Shown: piece after piece, positions 18,966 through 28,344 of the stretch
How the letters are laid out: each line of letters opens with the position of its first letter
Numbering within the stretch: the first letter of the stretch is position 1
Assembly: GCA_035509435.1 (NCBI GenBank)
Contig: DATJLR010000002.1
Coordinates: 133,774-197,773, forward strand
Direction: 5' to 3'
Origin: Minisyncoccota bacterium
Lineage (GTDB): Bacteria; Patescibacteriota; Minisyncoccia; UBA6257; 2-01-FULL-56-20
Length of the DNA: 64,000 bases
The notes under the pieces: generated by a model
Seen by the model: the letters and a program-made list of their open reading frames with translations, nothing else
The model's database searches: none
Told to the model about the DNA's origin: nothing
Made by a program: the position numbers and the translations under genes

Positions 18966-19196
18966 ATGACGGGACTGCGTCAGGTCTCGTGGAAAGAATT
19001 TGAAAAATTTCTCATAAAGATCGGCTGTGTTTTTGTACGTGAAAAAGGCGACCATAGAGTTTGGAAGCGGCGAGGATTGAGGCGACCCATCGTTTTGCCG
19101 AGAGTAGATCCGCCTCCAATCTTTGTGGTCAGAAACAATCTTCGCCTGTTGGATGTTTCAGTCGAAGAATATTTGGAAGCCGTTAGGAAACATTGA
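18966..19196 (+). CDS. hicA: HicA (YcfA-like) toxin
   Basis: KEFEKFLIKIGCVFVREKGDHRVWKR ... PRVDPPP HicA pattern; ATG at 18966. Confidence 0.65.
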   Translation: MTGLRQVSWKEFEKFLIKIGCVFVREKGDHRVWKRRGLRRPIVLPRVDPPPIFVVRNNLRLLDVSVEEYLEAVRKH

Positions 19197-19232
19197 GAAA
19201 ACGGGCGCAAAGGCTTAGAATGGGTAAGTACT

Positions 19233-22121
19233 ATGCCCGCTTACGACCCGAAGAAAATAGAGGAAAAGTGGAACAAGAAGTGGCTGGCCGACAAGGTTTT
19301 TAAAGTTGCCGACGATTCGCCGAAGCCGAAATATTATCAGCTGGAGACGTTTCCGTATCCGTCGGCGGCCGGGTTGCACATGGGGCATCCAAAAGGGTAC
19401 ACCGCGGAAGACATCCACGCGCGCTATATGCGCATGCGCGGATACAATGTTTTGTACACGATGGGATGGGACGCCTTCGGATTGCCCACGGAAAATTATG
19501 CCATCAAAGTCGGCAAAAATCCCAAGGAGATCGCGGTGACGAACACCGACAACTTCCGCCGGCAGGTGCAGATGTTCGGCTTTTCGTACGATTGGGATCG
19601 CGAGGTCGACACATCGTCGCCCGAATATTACAAGTGGACGCAGTGGATATTCATCCAGCTTTACAAAAAAGGATTGGCGTACCGTGCGAATGCCAAAGTG
19701 AATTGGTGCCCGAAGGACCAGACCGTGCTCGCGAACGAGCAGGTGATCGACGGCAAGTGCGAACGCTGCGGCAGTGAGATCGAAGAACGCGACATGGAGC
19801 AGTGGTTCCTGAAGATCACCGACTACGCCGAGCGGCTGCTTGCGGACCTGAAAGGCCTCGACTGGCCGGCGGCGACGATCAAGCGTCAGGAGGATTGGAT
19901 CGGCAAGAGCGAAGGCGCGGAGCTGGAATTTTCCGTCACGAACTCCGCTCTGCGCATAAAAATATTTACGACGCGGCCGGATACATTGTTCGGCGCCACA
20001 TACTTGGTGCTTGCGCCAGAACATGAGCTGGTCGAAAAGTTAAAAGAAAAGCTTTCCAACAAGAAAGAGGTTGAGGCATATGTGGAGGCGGCGTCGCACA
20101 AGACCGACCGCATGCGCCAGCAGGAAGAAAAGGACAAGACCGGCGTGGAACTGAAGGGCGTGATGGCGATCAATCCGGCCACAAAAGAAGAGATCCCGAT
20201 CTGGGTGGCGGATTATGTCTTGGGTTCGTACGGCACCGGCGTGATCATGGCCGTGCCCGCGCATGACGAGCGCGATTTTGAGTTTGCCAAGAAGTTCGGA
20301 TTGCCGATAAAACAAGTTGTCGCCCCGCATCTCGTCAATCGGGAACATCCGCCGCTTCCCGGCAAAGAAAATACAAAACGGGACATCATTTATGCATTCG
20401 TGAAGCATCCGACGGAGAATAAATTCATGGTATTGCGGTCAAAGAAATATTCCTGGCTTGTGCCGATCTCGGGCGGCATTGAAAAGAACGAGACGCCGGA
20501 AATGGCGGCGCGCCGGGAGGTTGCGGAAGAGACGGGATATAAAAATATGCGATTAGTGAAGGAGATGCCCTTTGCGATCTTCGCGGAGTTTTATGTACCT
20601 CATAAAGATTTGAATCGCGCGGCAACTTCCCGTGCGTTATATTTTGAACTCACCGACCTTGAGCGTGACCCCGTGAGCGAAGAGGAGGCGGCATTGCAGG
20701 ATGTGGAATGGGTCGATGATGGAGGCCTTGATACGCTTGACCCGCTCGTTGAGCGACCCTATATCCTAAAGTGGTTGAGGCATGGTGAGTATCCATTTAC
20801 GGAGGAAGGTATCGTGATGAACTCCGGGCAATTCACCGGGATGGACTCCGAAAAAGCAAAAGCTGAGATAACAAAGTTCGTCGGTGGCACGATGAAGACG
20901 CAGTTCAGGATCCGCGACTGGTCCGTGTCGCGCCAGCGGTATTGGGGCGTGCCGATCCCGATGGTCCATTGCGCTGCGTGTCGCGCCGCGGGGCGCGGGG
21001 ACGGCATCGTGCCGGTGCCGGAGAACGAGCTGCCGGTGGTATTGCCCGACCTTGAGAATTTCCGGCCGCAGGGGATGCCGCCGCTCGCGAGCTCGCCCGA
21101 CTTCATCAACGTGAAGTGCCCGGTGTGCGGCGGCGATGCCAAGCGCGACCCGGAGACGCTCGACACGTTCGTGGATTCGTCGTGGTACTTTTTGCGCTAT
21201 CCCGATCCGCACAATGCGACGGCAATTTTTGATAAGGAAAAAGTGAAAAAATGGATGCCGGTGGACCTTTATGTGATCGGGGCGGAGCATACGGTTTTGC
21301 ACCTGCTCTACTCGCGCTTCATCACGAAATTTCTGCAGGACGAGGGATGGGTTTCTTTTGCGGAACCGTTCATAAAATTGCGGCACCAGGGGCTCATCAT
21401 GGGCACCGATGGCGCAAAGATGTCCAAGAGCAAGGGCAATGTCGTGAATCCGGATGAGATCGTGGGGGAGTTCGGCGCGGACGCCACGCGCTTGTACCTC
21501 ATGTTCATGGGGCCGTTCGCGGACTCGACGCCGTGGGACCCGAAGGGGATCCTGGGCGTTGAGCGCTTCCTGAAGCGGATGTGGAAATACTGCAGCGACG
21601 CGATTGGGCTTATGGATGTAAAAAAATCGGCAACGGCGCCTGCAAATGTGCAGGAAAAGCCATCCGCCCGCGCCGCGCTGCATCGCGCCATCAAAAAAGT
21701 GGGGGAGGACATTGAGGCATTCAAATTCAACACCGCTATTTCCGCTCTTATGATACTCTTAAATGAGGTGGAGTCGGCCGCGCCGCTTGGCAAAGATGAT
21801 CTCGCGTCACTCGTAAAGATCGTCCATCCGTTCGCGCCGCACATGGCGCAGGAATTGTGGTCGATCATGGGCAACGGGAGCTATGTGGATTTTGAGCCGT
21901 GGCCGGCGTACGACCCCGCGCTTGTCGCGGAAGAGAAGGTCCTGCTCGTATTGCAGGTCAACAGCAAAACGCGCGACAGCGTTTCCGTGGATGCGGCGAT
22001 CGGCGAGGATGCCGCAAAGGAGCTCGCGCTCGCGAACGAAAAGGTGAAGGCCGCGCTCGCCGGCGCCGCGCCGAAGCGCATCATCTACGTTGATAAAAAA
22101 CTGGTCAACATCGTGATCTAA
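19233..22121 (+). CDS. leuS: leucyl-tRNA synthetase carrying an inserted NUDIX hydrolase domain
   Basis: HMGHPKGY class I motif, AVPAHDERDFEFAKKFGL (end of CP1/editing region) and KMSKSKGN. About 140 extra residues containing a Nudix box (GGIEKNETPEMAARREVAEETGY) lie between the AHDxRD region and the RDWSVSRQRYWG region; 962 aa. Confidence 0.9.
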   Translation: MPAYDPKKIEEKWNKKWLADKVFKVADDSPKPKYYQLETFPYPSAAGLHMGHPKGYTAEDIHARYMRMRGYNVLYTMGWDAFGLPTENYAIKVGKNPKEIAVTNTDNFRRQVQMFGFSYDWDREVDTSSPEYYKWTQWIFIQLYKKGLAYRANAKVNWCPKDQTVLANEQVIDGKCERCGSEIEERDMEQWFLKITDYAERLLADLKGLDWPAATIKRQEDWIGKSEGAELEFSVTNSALRIKIFTTRPDTLFGATYLVLAPEHELVEKLKEKLSNKKEVEAYVEAASHKTDRMRQQEEKDKTGVELKGVMAINPATKEEIPIWVADYVLGSYGTGVIMAVPAHDERDFEFAKKFGLPIKQVVAPHLVNREHPPLPGKENTKRDIIYAFVKHPTENKFMVLRSKKYSWLVPISGGIEKNETPEMAARREVAEETGYKNMRLVKEMPFAIFAEFYVPHKDLNRAATSRALYFELTDLERDPVSEEEAALQDVEWVDDGGLDTLDPLVERPYILKWLRHGEYPFTEEGIVMNSGQFTGMDSEKAKAEITKFVGGTMKTQFRIRDWSVSRQRYWGVPIPMVHCAACRAAGRGDGIVPVPENELPVVLPDLENFRPQGMPPLASSPDFINVKCPVCGGDAKRDPETLDTFVDSSWYFLRYPDPHNATAIFDKEKVKKWMPVDLYVIGAEHTVLHLLYSRFITKFLQDEGWVSFAEPFIKLRHQGLIMGTDGAKMSKSKGNVVNPDEIVGEFGADATRLYLMFMGPFADSTPWDPKGILGVERFLKRMWKYCSDAIGLMDVKKSATAPANVQEKPSARAALHRAIKKVGEDIEAFKFNTAISALMILLNEVESAAPLGKDDLASLVKIVHPFAPHMAQELWSIMGNGSYVDFEPWPAYDPALVAEEKVLLVLQVNSKTRDSVSVDAAIGEDAAKELALANEKVKAALAGAAPKRIIYVDKKLVNIVI

Positions 22122-22140
22122 CCCGTTACCTATCACTGCC

Positions 22141-23109
22141 ATGGGAGGAAAGATCGGATTCATCCTTATTCTCATCGTCGCGCTCGGCGTCGGCGTGTAC
22201 CTGTACAGCTCCGGCGCGTTCACGGCCGGCCTCGCGGGGCTCGGCTCGCTCGCGCGTCTTCCCGGATCATCTTCCTCCACCGCCTCGTCTTCGGGCCTCG
22301 GCAGTTTCTCGTTCTTTGATTTTGGATCGTCCACGATCGTGCAGGGGCCGCCGCCGCCGTCCGGATCGTCGGGATCCGCAGGGGGTGCTCCCACGCAGCC
22401 CACGCTTGGCAATGCCATCGTGCCTACCTCCAGCATTCCCGCCGGCTTCACTGCGGCAGAGCTCTCGCCCTACTTCGGGCAGGTGCGGTTCGGCAGCGTG
22501 TCGGCCGCGTCCTATTACAGTTACGGCACGATCACGCTGAACACCGCTTTTCCATATAACGCAACGGGCACGATCGACGTGACGGGTTGGCAGATCCGCG
22601 CCAACCATGGCGATGAATATATCCCGCAGGCGGTCAACCTGTATGACCCGACGGGCCTCGCGCCGGCGACCGACATCCAGATGAAGAACGGGGATACGCT
22701 GTATCTCTATTCTTCGTCCGCGCCGTTCAATCTGCGGCTCAACGAATGCATCGGATACGCCGCGCATGTGGCGAACTTCACGCCGCCGCTCCCGCTCACG
22801 TGCCCGTACGTGGACCAGTCACAGATCCAGGGATTCAGCGGCGCATGCCAGAACTTCATCAATTCGATCGGGGCATGCCAACAGCCGAACTATTCAAGCG
22901 CGCAGTTTCCGCAGAACGATTATTCCTGCACCCAATACCTGGAGAACAATTTCACTTATCGGTCGTGCTTTGACCAACACAGCAATGATCCGAACTTCCT
23001 GAGCGATCAGATATGGGTATGGACAGGCGCGAACCCCGTCGACCCGTATCACGATCAGGTGGAATTGCTCGATAAACAGGGGCTTTTGGTGGACCTGTAT
23101 ACCTATTAG
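22141..23109 (+). CDS. hypothetical membrane-anchored/secreted Cys-rich protein
   Basis: N-terminal TM, Ser/Gly-rich linker, C-terminal domain with 6 Cys. Confidence 0.55.
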   Translation: MGGKIGFILILIVALGVGVYLYSSGAFTAGLAGLGSLARLPGSSSSTASSSGLGSFSFFDFGSSTIVQGPPPPSGSSGSAGGAPTQPTLGNAIVPTSSIPAGFTAAELSPYFGQVRFGSVSAASYYSYGTITLNTAFPYNATGTIDVTGWQIRANHGDEYIPQAVNLYDPTGLAPATDIQMKNGDTLYLYSSSAPFNLRLNECIGYAAHVANFTPPLPLTCPYVDQSQIQGFSGACQNFINSIGACQQPNYSSAQFPQNDYSCTQYLENNFTYRSCFDQHSNDPNFLSDQIWVWTGANPVDPYHDQVELLDKQGLLVDLYTY

Positions 23110-23175
23110 TGGCTAGGTTGCCAGGAGGATATTGATATAGTAGGATACAGGCAGAACATTGCCAGAAAGGAGGGC

Positions 23176-23418
23176 GTGATGGGGTGTGAGGAACTCCAGC
23201 AACAGGCACGGGTCCAGTACGTGGACGTTCTGATGTACGAAAGGAGCGCCGCGATCGACGAAAGAACACCTCCATTCCCTTCCCTGGACAAAATCAAAGA
23301 ATTAACGGAGCATGCCAAGGAATGCATCGTGTGTTCGAGATTTTTGGAACATGGCCTGATGAGGCCGCTTCAAAAATCTGAGCAGACGATGCTTTGGGAG
23401 GGGGCTGCCCGCGCATAA
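23176..23418 (+). CDS. hypothetical small protein
   Basis: Strong SD (AAAGGAGGG) 5 nt upstream of the ATG; 80 aa; CIVC motif. Confidence 0.45.
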   Translation: MMGCEELQQQARVQYVDVLMYERSAAIDERTPPFPSLDKIKELTEHAKECIVCSRFLEHGLMRPLQKSEQTMLWEGAARA

Positions 23419-23440
23419 TTTCGCGCGGGCTTTCATTTTT
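23407..23440. terminator. bidirectional terminator hairpin
   Basis: GCCCGCGC-ATAATTTC-GCGCGGGC followed by TTTCATTTTT; sits between the small + gene and the stop of htrA (-). Confidence 0.6.
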
Positions 23441-23447
23441 AAATAAT

Positions 23448-24464
23448 TTATTTCCGTTCCGTGAGCGTCGCCTTTACGCTGAACTGCTTTCCGTCGCGGA
23501 GGACCAAAAGTTCTATCTCGTCGCCCACGTTCGCGTCCTCGAGCAGGTCCTGGACGGGGTGGTCATGGTCCAGTTTCTTGCCGTTGATCTCGAGCACGAT
23601 GTCGTTCTCGCGCACGTCCGCTTTTTCCGCCGGACTGTCCGGGACGACCGCCGCGTCGTGCTGGGTCTCGCGCATCACGAGCGCGCCGTGGTCAACGGAG
23701 AGGTTCATCTTCTTCTGGAGATCGCCGTCCACCATCACATAGCGGAGCCCAAGGAGCGGCCGGCGGATGCGGCCGTATTTTTTTATGTCATCGATGTCGC
23801 GCCGCGCGGCGTTCACCGGGATCGCGAAGCCGATCGATTGCGCGCCGGAGACGATCGCGGCGTTCACGCCGACGACGAGTCCGTCTCGGTCCACGATCGG
23901 GCCGCCGGAATTTCCGGGGTTGATCGCGGCGTCGGTCTGGATGAGGCCGCGCATCTCCTGCGGCGCGGCGTCCGGATCCTGCTGGGCCGTGATCGAGCGC
24001 GAAAGGCCGGAGACGATGCCGACGGAAACGGTGTTGCGGAAGATGCCGAGCGCGTTGCCAATCGCGATGAGCGACTGGCCGAGCTCGAGCTTCGTCGCAT
24101 CGCCGAGGCGGACGCAGGGGAGCCCTTTCGCATCGATTTTTAAAATGGCCACGTCGTTGATAGGGTCGCGGCTCAATATCGTTGCCGGGAATGTGCGGCC
24201 GTCGCTCAAGATCACGGTGTATTCCGCCTTCTTTTCGCTCACCACGTGCTTGTTCGTAAGGATGAGCCCGTCCTCGGCCACGATGAAGCCGGAACCGCCG
24301 CCGGTGGTCACCATGCCGCGGTCGTCGACGGTGCCGTCCGGGATCGTCGGGTTGAATCCTTTCGGAAATTGCTTTTGCAGGTCCTCAAGCTTCTCCGCGA
24401 TCGCGATCGACACGACCGACGGCATGACCTTCTTGATGACCTTGATGACGCGCTTATCGTCCAT
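23448..24464 (-). CDS. htrA: HtrA/DegP-family serine protease with PDZ domain
   Basis: Catalytic triad context (TNKHVV, DVAILK, GNSGGP) plus a C-terminal PDZ. Confidence 0.85.
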   Translation of the reverse strand: MDDKRVIKVIKKVMPSVVSIAIAEKLEDLQKQFPKGFNPTIPDGTVDDRGMVTTGGGSGFIVAEDGLILTNKHVVSEKKAEYTVILSDGRTFPATILSRDPINDVAILKIDAKGLPCVRLGDATKLELGQSLIAIGNALGIFRNTVSVGIVSGLSRSITAQQDPDAAPQEMRGLIQTDAAINPGNSGGPIVDRDGLVVGVNAAIVSGAQSIGFAIPVNAARRDIDDIKKYGRIRRPLLGLRYVMVDGDLQKKMNLSVDHGALVMRETQHDAAVVPDSPAEKADVRENDIVLEINGKKLDHDHPVQDLLEDANVGDEIELLVLRDGKQFSVKATLTERK

Positions 24465-24491
24465 TGGATAATTCTACCATGAAAGGTATCC

Positions 24492-25385
24492 CTATTTTGC
24501 AAATCTCACGTAGATCCCTGACGGCACAACGCAGCCGGAGCCCTTCTCGTTCACTCGCAATTCGCCGAACTCACTGTTTTTGCCGGCCCTGATAGTGCCG
24601 AAGGAGCTTTCCACTGCTTGCACGAGCGATCGCGGCGCGTATCCCGCGGCGTAGCCGTTCAGCAAAAAGAACGAGCCGGGGTTTTGCGCGAAGATCTTCC
24701 GCACGCCGTCGAGCAGGGGAACGATGTCCTCTTCGATGCGCCACACTTCGCCGTCCGGCCCGCGGCCGAACGCGGGCGGGTCAAGGACGATTCCGTCGTA
24801 TGCCGAGCCGCGCCGGATCTCGCGTTGTACGAACGTGAGCGCGTCGTCCGTGATGTAGCGGAGCGTGTCGGGCGGCACGTGCGAAAGCGTTGCGTTCTCG
24901 CGCGCCCACGTGTTGCTTTGCTTTGACGCGTCGAGATGCGTGACAATCGCGCCGTGCTTTGCGGCCACGATGCTCGCGATGCCGGTGTAGCCAAAGAGAT
25001 TGAGGACCTTGGGCTTATCTTTTTCGCCGCCATGCTTTGCAAGCGTCTTCACGCGCTCCGCGATCCATTCCCAATTCGGCGCCTGTTCCGGAAAGACGCC
25101 GGTGTGCTTGAATGACGTGAGCCGCAATGAAAATTTTATATCGTCACGCCACGAGATGGTCCACGGCTCCGGCGTCGATCTCCCGCGCCACGACCCTTTG
25201 TCTTTATCAAATTTAAATTCCGCGTGCGCACTTTTCCAAAGCTCCGGGCGCAGCGGCTTCCAGATCGCCTGTGTCTCCGGGCGGATCAGAATATACGGAC
25301 CGAATCGTTCCAGCTTTTTGTTGTTACCGGAGTCGAGCAATTCGTAATCCGCCCAGCCGTCGGTTGCAAGATCGATATGGTTCAT
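24492..25385 (-). CDS. class I SAM-dependent RNA methyltransferase (RlmI/YccW-like)
   Basis: LNLFGYTG SAM-binding loop and LDPPAF motif. Confidence 0.65.
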   Translation of the reverse strand: MNHIDLATDGWADYELLDSGNNKKLERFGPYILIRPETQAIWKPLRPELWKSAHAEFKFDKDKGSWRGRSTPEPWTISWRDDIKFSLRLTSFKHTGVFPEQAPNWEWIAERVKTLAKHGGEKDKPKVLNLFGYTGIASIVAAKHGAIVTHLDASKQSNTWARENATLSHVPPDTLRYITDDALTFVQREIRRGSAYDGIVLDPPAFGRGPDGEVWRIEEDIVPLLDGVRKIFAQNPGSFFLLNGYAAGYAPRSLVQAVESSFGTIRAGKNSEFGELRVNEKGSGCVVPSGIYVRFAK

Positions 25386-25564
25386 GTGCGTGTATATGTG
25401 GATTATATATCAGAAAATCAAAAACCGCCCTTGCGGACGGTCTTTGGGAAAATTCGGAGTTATTCTCTTGTACGATATCACTCCGTCCAGGCCCGACACC
25501 TAACTATCATTGTACGAATTTTTTCCGATTGGTCAAATCGTATTTAATCTATTTTTAATGATTA

Positions 25565-25591
25565 TGCGGACCGCCGGGGAGTCGAACCCCG
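25565..25591 (-). other. tRNA 3'-half-like fragment (T arm plus acceptor 3' strand), Ala-like
   Basis: Minus-strand CGGGG-TTCGACT-CCCCG-GCGGTCC-G reads as a canonical T arm plus acceptor with U70; no matching 5' half in the adjacent 40 nt. Resembles the 3' end of tRNA-Ala at 28345. Confidence 0.35.
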
Positions 25592-25629
25592 AACTTCCAG
25601 GTGTCGGGTCTGTCTAGGGTAAAACACTA

Positions 25630-26478
25630 TTATTTCCCGAGCGCATCGCCATGGCGCACGCTCCACTGATAGAGCACGACCGCGGCGGACACGGATGCGT
25701 TCAGCGATTCCGCGCGCGAGTCCATCGGGATGCGGAGCGAGACGTCGCAGCGTTCCATTGTCTTCTGGCGGATACCCTCTCCTTCATTGCCGATAATAAA
25801 GAGCGCTGGCGCATCGAATTTTTCGTCGGTGAGCGCCTGCGAGCCGTTCATCACGAGCCCGTACGTGCGGAAGCCGAGCTTCTTGAGCGCGTCCACGGCC
25901 TGGTTCACGTTGCCGATCGAGACGATCGGGATGCGGAACGCCATGCCGGCGGAGGTTTTGACGACGGTGCCCGTGATCGGCGCCTGGTTGTGCTCGGGGA
26001 TGAGCACGCCGGCGGTGCCGAACGCGGCGGCGCTGCGGATGATCGCGCCCACGTTGTGCGGGTCGGTCAGTTCGTCGAGCAGGACGAGCATCGTGCGCTC
26101 GGTGGGGCGCAGCGCCGCCGCGAACTGGCGGAAGTCCACAAGAAGTGCGCCGGGATCGGTGACCGCGATCACGCCCTGATGCGCGGTCTCGCGGCCGACG
26201 ACGCGGCCGATCTCGCTGTTTTTCAAAACGCCAGGCGTAAGGTCGAGCTTTCGGAGGAGCGCGCGCAGTTCGCCGTCATTCACCTCCGGCGACAAAAATA
26301 CTTTGCGCACCGCGTGCGGCGCGTGCGCGAGCGCCTCCATGAGCGCGTGCTTGCCATAGATGTAGATCTTCTCCCGCGAGCCGTGCGCGGAGTAGTGGGG
26401 ACGGACGGGGCGATCGTGGCGCGGGCCCCGCGAAGGCCTCGAAGGACGGGATGGGTGTGAAGAGTGGCGCGGGCGCAT
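25630..26478 (-). CDS. TrmH/SpoU-family rRNA 2'-O-methyltransferase (RlmB-like)
   Basis: IYGKHALMEAL, NVGAIIRSAAAFG, IGNEGEGI, ESLNASV motifs. Start set at ATG 26478 because the longer ORF start at 26538 lies inside a terminator hairpin; Arg/Pro/Ser-rich N-terminal extension. Confidence 0.75.
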   Translation of the reverse strand: MRPRHSSHPSRPSRPSRGPRHDRPVRPHYSAHGSREKIYIYGKHALMEALAHAPHAVRKVFLSPEVNDGELRALLRKLDLTPGVLKNSEIGRVVGRETAHQGVIAVTDPGALLVDFRQFAAALRPTERTMLVLLDELTDPHNVGAIIRSAAAFGTAGVLIPEHNQAPITGTVVKTSAGMAFRIPIVSIGNVNQAVDALKKLGFRTYGLVMNGSQALTDEKFDAPALFIIGNEGEGIRQKTMERCDVSLRIPMDSRAESLNASVSAAVVLYQWSVRHGDALGK

Positions 26479-26527
26479 GGACAGAAGTGATGTTAGGGAT
26501 AATATAGCACATTTTAATAAAGAAAGA

Positions 26528-26560
26528 GCCTCGCGCATGGTGGTGTTGCGCGAGGCTCAC
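26528..26560 (-). terminator. rho-independent terminator of the upstream minus-strand gene
   Basis: 11-bp perfect stem GAGCCTCGCGC/GCGCGAGGCTC, followed on the minus strand by TTTCTTTATTAAAAT. Confidence 0.65.
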
Positions 26561-26571
26561 GGGTAGCCCTC

Positions 26572-27048
26572 TCAGACGCTGAAGTTGGGGTCGTAGAGAG
26601 GAATATAGAATCGATAATGCGGAGTTCCGACGGGGAACGCCCACCACTTGATCTTTGGGTTTCTGAACCCCCAGCCCTCGGTGACCACCACCGCGGGCCC
26701 CATCGTGTAATGCGCGTCGGAATTTTCCGTCGGCACTTGTCGCGGGATCAGAGTGCCGGAAGGCGTTATTTCCGTAAAAACGTAATACTGGCGATCGCGG
26801 TGGAACGAGGAAATCTCCACTTTGTTCAACGGGTAAAGATCCTCCATGCTCCAGCCGAGCACGCAGGCGCCGCAGGCGCCGAGGACGAGCCCGGAAGTGG
26901 CGCAGAGATACGCGGACGTTATTCTTGCGCCGCCGGCGTTCTTGAGGATCGTCGCCGCGCTTCCTGTGAACGGGAAGTATTCTGCCAGTACGGGGAAAAG
27001 GCAACCCAGTATGGCGCCGATCAGCAAACCCAACACAACTGTCAACAT
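26572..27048 (-). CDS. hypothetical membrane-anchored protein
   Basis: ATG at 27048 with GGAGGAAGAG SD 7 nt upstream; N-terminal TM helices. Confidence 0.55.
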   Translation of the reverse strand: MLTVVLGLLIGAILGCLFPVLAEYFPFTGSAATILKNAGGARITSAYLCATSGLVLGACGACVLGWSMEDLYPLNKVEISSFHRDRQYYVFTEITPSGTLIPRQVPTENSDAHYTMGPAVVVTEGWGFRNPKIKWWAFPVGTPHYRFYIPLYDPNFSV

Positions 27049-27119
27049 CTCTTCCTCCGATCTGTCTTGCGGTACTGCGGAAGTTCTGTTATCAGAATAC
27101 AATTATATTGATGTTTTGT

Positions 27120-27677
27120 CTAGCGATGAAGCCCTTCGGTGCCCCATGGAACGCCGAGACGGGGGAGCAGCCATCGGTCGATGCCGAGCCAGCCGGCATT
27201 GCGCCACGCGAGGATCAGGAAAAGTTCGATGAGCAGCAGCAACGGATTCACGCTTACCGTTCCCGCGAACAAATAGTTGAAGTTCATGAACGCGCCGAAG
27301 AACGCGGCGATGCCGGTGAATGCGCCGAGGATCAGTCCCGCTCCGACGGCGATCTCGCCGAACGTGACGATATAAGAAAAGAGAACGACATGAGGAAGCG
27401 CCACCGCATTGATGAACCATGCGTACCAGGAGGACACTGCCGGATTCGCGCCCGTCGCTTTCGCGACCGCGCCTGCCAGAAATCCATGAAGCGCGGTGCC
27501 GGCGTTCGGGCCGAGCCACGCGCCACCCGTCGCCTTTTCCCATCCTGCCATGATCCACGTGTATCCCACATAGAGCCGGAGCAAAAGCCACACCCACGCT
27601 ACGCGCGTGTCCCCGAACAAAAATTCCGCGAGCGGGGGATCCGGGATGACGACCGCTGTATGCGATGGTTCAGCCAT
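27120..27677 (-). CDS. DoxX-family membrane protein
   Basis: 4-TM DoxX pattern (LRLYVGYTW..G..K). Confidence 0.7.
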   Translation of the reverse strand: MAEPSHTAVVIPDPPLAEFLFGDTRVAWVWLLLRLYVGYTWIMAGWEKATGGAWLGPNAGTALHGFLAGAVAKATGANPAVSSWYAWFINAVALPHVVLFSYIVTFGEIAVGAGLILGAFTGIAAFFGAFMNFNYLFAGTVSVNPLLLLIELFLILAWRNAGWLGIDRWLLPRLGVPWGTEGLHR

Positions 27678-27699
27678 TGCTATTATTGTACCAAATTTG

Positions 27700-27784
27700 C
27701 GGAGGGTGCAGGACTCGAACCTGCAAGTCCCTTACGGGACCCCGGTTTTCAAGACCGGTGCCTTGCCATTCGGCGCAACCCTCC
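27700..27784 (-). tRNA. tRNA-Ser (anticodon TGA)
   Basis: Acceptor GGAGGGT/ACCCTCC, anticodon loop CTTGAAA, long variable arm, T loop GTTCGAGTC; CCA not encoded. Confidence 0.85.
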
Positions 27785-27955
27785 TCTTGGATTTTATACC
27801 ATCAACTTATAATGTTTTCCAATCCAGCTCCTGGTGAGATAATGTTCTTCAGAGTGACAATTAGGACAGATCAATTCAAGATTATTCAATTCATTATTAT
27901 TTCTATTTCTGTCCTTATGGTGTACGTTCAAAATTTCACGCTTATTATAACCACA

Positions 27956-28288
27956 TCATTCGCATTTTCCACCCCGGATTTCAATCAGTCGTATTTTTAA
28001 GAGTCCAGTAGAAACGATTTTGTCTTTCAGCCTGCGCCCGGTATATTTTATACCCGCCCTATTTCTATTTGCACAACTTCTGCTGCATGTCTTTTTATTG
28101 AATCGCGCAGCGATGGGCTTTCCACGGATCGCACAGGGATGCTCTTTGAGGATAGATTTGCCGTAACAACTTGAACTGCAAAAGACATTTCCTTTATTGC
28201 CGGATATTTCTTTTGGTCTTCGATAGATCGGCCTCCGACAAATTTTGCATTCAATATTAGGGTTTCTCTTATACGCTTTCATCCACAC
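27956..28288 (-). CDS. hypothetical Cys-rich (zinc-ribbon-like) basic protein in AT-rich islet
   Basis: CKIC..x17..CSSSC plus a further C/H cluster; local GC much lower than surroundings; low confidence that it is expressed. Confidence 0.3.
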   Translation of the reverse strand: MWMKAYKRNPNIECKICRRPIYRRPKEISGNKGNVFCSSSCYGKSILKEHPCAIRGKPIAARFNKKTCSRSCANRNRAGIKYTGRRLKDKIVSTGLLKIRLIEIRGGKCE

Positions 28289-28344
28289 ACTTTACTGCCA
28301 AGCAAAATTGATTTCAAGAAAAATTTTAGAATTTTTTAATCTTG

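Noticed and set aside
19215-22451. Minus-strand ORFs 19215..20024, 20766..21683, 21308..21874, 21807..22451
   Set aside because: All antisense to leuS or the following secreted-protein gene.
27665-28000. 111-aa plus-strand ORF
   Set aside because: Overlaps tRNA-Ser(TGA) and runs through AT-rich DNA; no SD.
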